Shown: positions 1-4,313 of the stretch, one piece after another
Numbering within the stretch: position 1 is the stretch's first letter
Layout of the letters: each line of letters opens with the position of its first letter
From: a virus
Lineage: Duplodnaviria > Heunggongvirae > Uroviricota > Caudoviricetes
Virus record (IMG/VR): IMGVR_UViG_2778261204_000004
Length of the DNA stretch: 4,313 bases
Direction: 5' to 3' (one strand)
Made by a program: the position numbers and the translations under genes
The notes under the pieces: generated by a model
What the model saw: the letters and a program-made list of their open reading frames with translations, nothing else
Told to the model about the DNA's origin: nothing
Database searches by the model: none

Positions 1-96
1 GACTTCACTGAGAACTGCGCCGATTTTGGTTTCAAATACGCCGCCGTCCAGCTCCCCGATAAATGCCTGCACATCAGTACTGCGTTCGCTAGCCAT
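1..96 (-). CDS. Hypothetical protein, N-terminal 32 codons only; gene continues past the left window edge. Sits at the head of the leftward operon (the position N occupies in lambda), but the visible N-terminus is not arginine-rich and I do not recognise the family.
   Basis: Reverse complement of 1-96 reads ATG GCT AGC GAA CGC ... = MASERSTDVQAFIGELDGGVFETKIGAVLSEV with no stop to the window edge. A strong SD (GAGGAG, complement of ~103-108) lies 6-7 nt upstream of the ATG at 96-94. Absent from the ORF track because it is truncated. Confidence 0.5.
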   Translation of the reverse strand, partial: MASERSTDVQAFIGELDGGVFETKIGAVLSEV

Positions 97-144
97 TTTG
101 CTGCTCCTCATCATATCGACCCTGCAAGGTCGGTTGGTTTCTCC

Positions 145-233
145 ACAAAACAGAGAAGAACACCTGCGGTGGCAGCCGCCCGGGTGGATTGGGTTATGAG
201 CCCGTCGTCCGGTGATGCTCTTCTCTGTTTTGT
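145..233 (-). other. Long imperfect stem-loop (15-bp perfect stem 145-159 / 219-233, plus 4 bp 161-164 / 211-214, GC-rich structured interior). Candidate cis-regulatory RNA element in the leader of the leftward gene; strand not certain.
   Basis: acaaaacagagaaga (145-159) is the exact reverse complement of tcttctctgttttgt (219-233); cacc (161-164) pairs with ggtg (211-214). The interior 165-210 contains further short GC stems such as gcgg..ccgc. No convincing ORF covers it. Confidence 0.3.
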
Positions 234-279
234 AAAAAGAGCGGTACCAGCCGGAAGCAAGTGTACAAACTGGTACCGC
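231..279 (-). terminator. Candidate Rho-independent terminator for leftward transcription: 10-bp perfect stem followed on the minus strand by a U-tract.
   Basis: gcggtaccag (241-250) and ctggtaccgc (270-279) are perfect reverse complements with a 19-nt loop. On the minus strand the hairpin is followed directly by TCTTTTTACA (complement of 231-240). There is no T-tract after it on the plus strand. Confidence 0.45.
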
Positions 280-691
280 CAAAGCAGTGGCTGTTGTGGT
301 GGGGTTGTCACTTAAGCGTATGGTCAACCTGACAACCCGGTGCCACTAATGGGGTAAGGATAACCCCGCCATACTTACCGCCGCGCCATTTCGCGGATTA
401 CCACAACGCTGAGAGCACTTAGCCAGTTATGGCACCACACTTTGTCGCGGCTCCATAAATGCCCTCATCGTTGCACCCTGGTCTCTTCCCAGGCGTCAAA
501 CCGAATCGCCACGCTGGTTAGGCGTCTTATCAGCATCATCATTGACTTGCACATTCCGGCTACCTGGTTTGTTTGCCCGAGCAAGGAGTGGATTGTCCCC
601 TTTAACGTCCCCAGACCGCTAACGACGCATGTGCCATACGCCGTGTTACAACCAACCTTTCGTTAACAACAGTCTGTTGTTTGTTCAGATA

Positions 692-735
692 ATAATGCTA
701 CTAAAAGTAGCAAAAATCAACAACAAAAAGTAGAA
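692..735 (-). promoter_or_regulatory. OL/PL-like module: leftward sigma70-like promoter (-35 TTGATT at 720-715, -10 CATTAT at 697-692, minus strand) with a 15-bp palindromic operator-like site (gctactaaaagtagc, 697-711) in the spacer, and a second AAGTAG half-site 23 bp away (728-733).
   Basis: The minus-strand 17-bp spacer tttgctacttttagtag is 15/17 identical to the spacer of the PR-like promoter at 3081-3097 (tttgctattttaagtag). Both are flanked by TTGnnn and CAT(C/T)AT hexamers. The palindrome has perfect 6-bp arms, gctact / agtagc. Confidence 0.45.
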
Positions 736-946
736 GTGTGTATTTAATTTTTAGTTTTCTATATAACGTTATGAATTAAAAGGTTTTTCACAGATGGGAT
801 GATGTGGCGTAGTTACATATAGAAAATATCGAGTGTCTTTTGTTTTGGTTTAATTATTAGGTTAATTAGATAGTAATAATTTGGGGGAAAATAGTGGGAA
901 CTATGGATACAACGGGTCAGGAACAGTGTTATTAAGCAGGCTACGA

Positions 947-972
947 GTATAAAACCCGACCGGTTGGTCGGG
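947..972 (-). terminator. Rho-independent terminator ending the leftward cI / ParA-like transcription unit.
   Basis: Perfect 7-bp GC-rich stem cccgacc (955-961) / ggtcggg (966-972) with a 4-nt loop. On the minus strand it is followed immediately by TTTTATAC. It lies 37 nt downstream of the stop codon at 1009-1011. Not a plus-strand terminator (no T-tract follows on plus). Confidence 0.6.
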
Positions 973-1008
973 CGAGAATTATGTTCGTTCTAAATCATAG
1001 TTATTGTA

Positions 1009-2094
1009 TTACAGACACTTGACTACTGTTGAAACATCAGATTCTAGTGCTTCAATTTGTGCTCTATTAGCTTGGGTCGCCATACCATAGATAGTGTAAC
1101 TCTTATGCTGCAGCCTACTTAAAGGGCATCCCTCATGGTTTATTATTGCTGCAAGAGTATTACCATCTTTGACATTTTGAACCCTCTCGAAAGTAGCCAC
1201 ATTTGTGAACAGATGAGGATGTGTATTTAACAGGTCATCAGTGATTCTTTTGATCTCTTCTGCATGTGATTTGAATGCTTTTGCTGCATCACTTTCATTA
1301 GTTCTTGAGCGGTTTTGTACGAAAAGGTGTAGTTCAGGTAGTTCGATAAGGTTTTGCTTTGCTTCTTTGTTGAAATCTAAGAACATTTCATCTTGTTCTG
1401 ACTTGTCAATAGACACTCCATAAATAAGTTTAACAAGGTTTTTTATTCCGCGAATTGATGCAGCATCGGCAGTGCAAGGGATAATTATTCTATTTGCCGC
1501 GACTACTCCCAATTCTGTGTAGCTGGCAAAACTTGGATTACAATCAATAAAAAATGTTTTTGCTCTGTCAGAAATGTTTTTATCGGCTTCAAAAGATGCT
1601 ATTAGATCTACCAGCAAAGATCGGCTTTTCTTCCATGCTTCTTTTACTGGGGATGAGCCAATGTGAGATATTAAGCGTGAACAGATATCAAGATCGACAT
1701 CACCAGGAAGAATATATAAGTTCTCTGGCATTTTTGCATTAACGTCATGGGCCCGTACAAAGTAAGAAGATTCATTTCCTAAACGAGACAAAGGAGATTT
1801 GCTAAAACGTTCCTTGATATAACCTGCGATTGTAACATTTCTGTCTCGCAATTTATTTAGATTTTCTTCCCCGGTACCATTGCCACCAAGAATAATTTCT
1901 GAAACGTTTGATTGAGGGCATGAGTCAATAACCACAACATCTTGATCCGGATGAGATATAGCAAACTCAACGGCAAGATTATATGTAAGAAAAGTTTTTC
2001 CTACACCACCTTTGTTGTTCCATACTAAATATTTTGTATTGGTGGAAATCATATCTGCTACCCCATCTGTCGCTTCAGTACGTTCATTAATCAT
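1009..2094 (-). CDS. ParA/MinD-superfamily P-loop ATPase (deviant Walker A), 361 aa, standalone. No ParB-like partner or centromere-like repeat array is visible.
   Basis: Deviant Walker A KGGVGKT (nt 1993-2013, residues 28-34); A-prime-like VVIDSCPQSN; Walker-B-like hydrophobic run ending in Asp (TFFIDCNPS). SD AGGA sits ~7 nt upstream of the ATG at 2094. An internal Met (2052) would give a more typical ParA N-terminus, so the start is slightly uncertain. There is a C-terminal extension of roughly 80-100 aa beyond a typical ParA core. Confidence 0.85.
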   Translation of the reverse strand: MINERTEATDGVADMISTNTKYLVWNNKGGVGKTFLTYNLAVEFAISHPDQDVVVIDSCPQSNVSEIILGGNGTGEENLNKLRDRNVTIAGYIKERFSKSPLSRLGNESSYFVRAHDVNAKMPENLYILPGDVDLDICSRLISHIGSSPVKEAWKKSRSLLVDLIASFEADKNISDRAKTFFIDCNPSFASYTELGVVAANRIIIPCTADAASIRGIKNLVKLIYGVSIDKSEQDEMFLDFNKEAKQNLIELPELHLFVQNRSRTNESDAAKAFKSHAEEIKRITDDLLNTHPHLFTNVATFERVQNVKDGNTLAAIINHEGCPLSRLQHKSYTIYGMATQANRAQIEALESDVSTVVKCL

Positions 2095-2318
2095 TATCGT
2101 ATCCTGTTGTATAGAATTGTCTATTATTTATGTTTTATTTTGTGTTAGTAACGCACCCAAAGATAACATATGGTCTTTATCTTTTCTTACTTAGGGTAAC
2201 AGCTCAGTGTTAATCCATTTTTATGGACCAATGTGCCAAATAAAATTTGTATAAAGATTTTCTATCCTTATCTTTTATCATCTGTGCTCGTTTGCTTTAA
2301 CGATTGCTAGATGCCTAA

Positions 2319-3059
2319 TTAAAGTCGATTATATTTAATCGACTCATGAATCAGTGCCTTACCCATAACATAAAGCTGATCTTGCGACTTCTCATCAATG
2401 TACCATTTCTCATAGGCGGGGTTATCCGAAAGAACAGCTAGTTTGTTGCCTTGCATTTGTAGACGTTTAACATGGAAAGTCTTACCGTAAACGAAAGAGT
2501 AAACTCCATCAGTCTGGAAGTGGCGAACGGAAATGTCGACAAACAATCGATCCCCGGAAACAAGAGTTGGGGACATACTATCTCCATTTACCGTCATAAC
2601 TTTTATATCATTCTGAGAACGGTTTCCGAAAAGAGAACGGGCATGTTCAGTTGTGAACTCAATGGCGTAGAGCACATCAACATAGTCTGAAAGCATATAG
2701 GTCCCAGGTCCTGCGCTAACGCTAAGATCCAAAACTTCTATCCTGTATACATCGGGCTTTGTTGGATTGGGGATGCTTGCCATTTCCTTACATTCCTCTC
2801 TATCTCCAACACCATATTCTAGATATGAAGCTGATACCCCAAGAGCCAACGCAAGTTTACTCATGACAGAGACACGTGGCTTCGCTGCGCCGATTGTGTA
2901 TCGACGAGCCATTTCATATGTAACGCCCACAAGACTTTTGAGTTGAGTGACAGAGATTCCTTTGATTGTCATCAATTCGTTTAGTCTCTTGGCGAAATCT
3001 GGATACTTCTGTTCTTCTACCATAGGTAGAAGATTACTCACATCACACGCGCTAGTCAT
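2319..3059 (-). CDS. Phage cI-like repressor: N-terminal XRE/Cro-CI type HTH plus C-terminal S24 (LexA/UmuD-like) self-cleaving peptidase domain.
   Basis: HTH-like segment FAKRLNELMTIKGISVTQLKSLVGVTYEMARRY. S24 catalytic dyad context: nucleophile Ser in VNGDSMSPTL and the general-base Lys in HVKRLQ. Divergent from a Cro-like gene. The track ORF begins at TTG 3080; I prefer the in-frame ATG at 3059 (protein MTSACD...), so the start is uncertain and the transcript may be leaderless. Confidence 0.88.
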   Translation of the reverse strand: MTSACDVSNLLPMVEEQKYPDFAKRLNELMTIKGISVTQLKSLVGVTYEMARRYTIGAAKPRVSVMSKLALALGVSASYLEYGVGDREECKEMASIPNPTKPDVYRIEVLDLSVSAGPGTYMLSDYVDVLYAIEFTTEHARSLFGNRSQNDIKVMTVNGDSMSPTLVSGDRLFVDISVRHFQTDGVYSFVYGKTFHVKRLQMQGNKLAVLSDNPAYEKWYIDEKSQDQLYVMGKALIHESIKYNRL

Positions 3060-3129
3060 TTCTATTTTAAGTAGTTGCAATTTGCTATTTTAAGTAGCAT
3101 CATCCCTCTGAATTTCAGAGGAGAAAGGC
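3060..3129. promoter_or_regulatory. OR-like divergent control region: two 13-bp direct repeats ctattttaagtag (3062-3074 and 3085-3097, spaced 23 bp) with partial dyad symmetry. PR-like promoter for the Cro-like gene: -35 TTGCAA 3075-3080, -10 CATCAT 3098-3103. Strong SD GGAG(A) at ~3119-3124.
   Basis: Repeats read directly from the sequence. The second repeat sits in the 17-bp spacer of the PR-like promoter, mirroring the arrangement at 692-720. On the minus strand a TAAAAT -10-like hexamer sits 4 nt upstream of the cI ATG, consistent with a leaderless PRM-like transcript. Confidence 0.6.
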
Positions 3130-3393
3130 ATGTCATCTCAAAACTACACAGAGAAAGCAGTAAAGGCTGCGGGAAAATCTTTATCTGAAGTAGCCCGTCG
3201 CTTTGGTTTTAAGTCCACTCAATCCGTCGCTAATTGGGTAATTAACAATCAAGTCCCGTCAGAACGGGTTTTACAACTTTGTGAGTTGGGAAACTGGTCC
3301 GTGACCCCTCATGAACTGCGTCCTGATATTTACCCCAATCCAAATGATGGATTACCTGAGTGCTATTCAAAAGTTAGCGGTTCAGCTGCGTAA
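3130..3393 (+). CDS. Cro-like small HTH DNA-binding protein (YdaS/Cro-type), 87 aa.
   Basis: Divergent from the repressor, with a strong SD. HTH-like segment SLSEVARRFGFKSTQSVANWV and a C-terminal ELRPDIYP motif that I recall from YdaS-type Cro proteins of Rac-like prophages. Recognition is from memory, not a search. Confidence 0.8.
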   Translation: MSSQNYTEKAVKAAGKSLSEVARRFGFKSTQSVANWVINNQVPSERVLQLCELGNWSVTPHELRPDIYPNPNDGLPECYSKVSGSAA

Positions 3394-3421
3394 ACGTAAC
3401 CACAGAAACGAGGAATTAACC

Positions 3422-4006
3422 GTGGGTAAAGAACCTGAATGGAAAGTTGATAAGCAACCAGCATGGCTGGTGGCAGCAATACGAAGAACGATTGCTGATT
3501 TACCTCATGGCTATGAGGAAGCAGCGGAAATTCTTGGTTTGTATAAATCTGATGATATCACCCCAGCGAAAGATCAATTGCATAACAGACTGCGTAGCGG
3601 TGGGGATCAAATTTTTCCACTTGAGTGGGCCATGGTTTTACAGGATGCCAGTGGTACCAGGCATGTAACGGATGCGATAGCGCGTCGTAGTAATGGGGTG
3701 TTTGTGCCGCTGGTGGACATTGATGACATTGACAATGGTGACATTAATCAGCGGCTGATGGAGTCAATAGAATGGATTGGCAAGCATTCCCAGTACTTAC
3801 GCAAGGCAACTGCTGATGGAGTTATTGACCAGGCTGAGCGTGAGCAAATCGAAGAGAACAGCTACCAAGTAATGGCGAAGTGGCAGGAGCATTTGACACT
3901 GTTATTTCGTGTTTTTTGTGCGCCGGAAAAGAGTAACGCCCGCGAGTGTGCAGCTCCGGGCGTCGTGGCGTCGATTGCTTCTGGTTGTGGAGAAACTAAC
4001 GCATGA
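3422..4006 (+). CDS. Phage CII-like regulatory protein (resembles the CP76 / phage regulatory CII family). Start assigned to GTG 3422; the track ORF extends upstream to ATG 3311.
   Basis: Long ORF immediately downstream of cro. GTG 3422 is the first start-capable codon after the cro stop (3391-3393) and has an ideally spaced SD GAGGAA (3410-3415). The upstream in-frame ATGs at 3311 and 3344 lack an SD and would overlap cro by 50-83 nt. The segment [54 protein letters not shown] resembles phage CII (CP76-type) proteins as far as I recall; family assignment is tentative. Confidence 0.7.
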   Translation: MGKEPEWKVDKQPAWLVAAIRRTIADLPHGYEEAAEILGLYKSDDITPAKDQLHNRLRSGGDQIFPLEWAMVLQDASGTRHVTDAIARRSNGVFVPLVDIDDIDNGDINQRLMESIEWIGKHSQYLRKATADGVIDQAEREQIEENSYQVMAKWQEHLTLLFRVFCAPEKSNARECAAPGVVASIASGCGETNA

Positions 4007-4313
4007 ACAGTTTAACAACACACTACCGTCGCTCGCAACTGATTGCGCTTCCTGTACCGGGTGGAAAAGCGAAGGTGGAGTATTGCTATGCAGTGAATGT
4101 ACCAGGTGACAGGGAAATTGTAACCCACAGCTTTGCAGAGTGGGCTGTGGGTGATTTCAACCGGCAGAAGGAGACAGTCCTTTGCAACAAGTTAACCGCT
4201 GGTTCAAAGATCACTACGGAGTGCCCGTCAGAGTCATTCGTTGGGAACCGGAAACACAACGGGTTATCTACCTCCGCGAAGGCTATGAGCATGAGTGCTT
4301 CAGCCCGCTCGAA
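4003..4313 (+). CDS. Hypothetical protein, 5' portion only (103 codons, open to the window edge), translationally coupled to the CII-like gene. Possibly the first gene of the replication or late-regulation module.
   Basis: ATG 4003 overlaps the TGA stop 4004-4006 of the upstream gene (ATGA). GGAG at 3989-3992. About 103 sense codons with no stop in ~50 % GC DNA is unlikely by chance. Absent from the ORF track because it has no in-window stop. Protein begins [27 protein letters not shown]... Confidence 0.5.
   Translation, partial: MNSLTTHYRRSQLIALPVPGGKAKVEYCYAVNVPGDREIVTHSFAEWAVGDFNRQKETVLCNKLTAGSKITTECPSESFVGNRKHNGLSTSAKAMSMSASARS

Noticed and set aside
231-243. boxA-like sequence CGCTCTTTTTACA (minus strand) as a nut site
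   Set aside because: It coincides exactly with the stem end and U-tract of the 241-279 terminator hairpin, and no lambda-type boxB (5-bp stem with a GAAAA-type loop) follows at the expected spacing. Reported only as a caveat within the terminator finding.
111-311. 66-aa minus-strand ORF from the track
   Set aside because: Begins at GTG with no SD and lies entirely within the hairpin-dense GC-rich region. The Pro/Gln/Ala/Thr-rich low-complexity translation looks like a by-product of GC-rich structured DNA. Kept only as an alternative under the structured-RNA finding.
442-666. 74-aa plus-strand ORF from the track
   Set aside because: No recognisable SD upstream of the ATG at 442, no recognisable domain, and it would be transcribed against the inferred leftward PL-like transcript. 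Probably non-coding, with low certainty.
100-700. tRNA or tmRNA gene as a prophage attachment site
   Set aside because: No tRNA-like T-arm (GGTTCGAATCC-type) or acceptor/CCA architecture is present, and there is no match to the tmRNA sequence as I recall it. The hairpins do not fold as a cloverleaf.
1241-2194. Three plus-strand track ORFs (1241-1423, 1554-1742, 2012-2194) overlapping the ParA-like gene
   Set aside because: All are antisense to or overlap a strongly supported 361-aa CDS with clear ATPase motifs. They are short, hydrophobic and low-complexity, with no RBS.
2095-2318. Possible 24-codon minus-strand ORF (ATG near 2282, MIKDKDRKSLYKFYLAHWSIKMD) between the cI and ParA-like genes
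   Set aside because: No convincing SD, extreme AT-richness and Lys/Asp-rich low-complexity translation. More likely a promoter or UTR region for the ParA-like gene.
2324-2343. Perfect 8-bp inverted repeat gtcgatta-tatt-taatcgac just downstream of the ParA-side intergenic region
   Set aside because: It lies inside the last codons of the cI-like CDS (…IKYNRL-stop), is AT-rich and has no adjacent U-tract. Not a terminator; probably coincidental.
2472-2690. 72-aa plus-strand ORF inside the repressor gene
   Set aside because: Antisense to the cI-like CDS, which has clear HTH and S24 motifs.
3447-4109. Plus-strand track ORFs 3447-3668 and 3909-4109 in alternative frames
   Set aside because: Both are embedded in or overlap the CII-like CDS in other frames with no RBS. 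3909-4109 also competes with the coupled ORF starting at 4003, which stays open to the window edge.
4086-4292. 68-aa minus-strand ORF from the track
   Set aside because: Antisense to the plus-strand ORF that is translationally coupled (ATGA) and open for about 103 codons. No SD. Judged spurious.
1-4313. CRISPR arrays, IS elements or transposase genes
   Set aside because: No regularly spaced direct repeats with unique spacers, no terminal inverted repeats bracketing an ORF, and no transposase- or integrase-like ORF in any frame.

Overview
This window reads as the immunity/early-control region of a lambdoid-type temperate phage or prophage (Enterobacteriaceae-like codon usage and SD sites). 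All calls are from reading the sequence; no searches were run. Layout, left to right: (i) the 5' end of a leftward gene starting at nt 96 that runs off the window; (ii) a GC-rich, hairpin-dense non-coding stretch (~140-400) that includes a leftward intrinsic terminator; (iii) an AT-rich block from ~670; (iv) a leftward promoter/operator module at ~692-735 that closely resembles the cI/cro intergenic module; (v) a leftward intrinsic terminator at 947-972; (vi) a lone 361-aa ParA/MinD-type deviant-Walker-A ATPase (1009-2094, minus); (vii) a cI-like repressor with an N-terminal HTH and a C-terminal S24 LexA-type peptidase domain (2319-3059, minus); (viii) a divergent operator/promoter region (3060-3129); (ix) a Cro-like small HTH protein (3130-3393, plus); (x) a CII-like regulator (3422-4006, plus); (xi) a further partial ORF from 4003 to the window edge. 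The most interesting element is the orphan ParA-like ATPase. It sits between the OL-like and OR-like modules, co-directional with and downstream of the repressor, which is the slot lambda uses for rexAB. It has no ParB partner in the window, so it is a candidate prophage-encoded exclusion/defence or host-interference gene rather than a partition operon. No tRNA, rRNA, CRISPR array or IS element was recognised.
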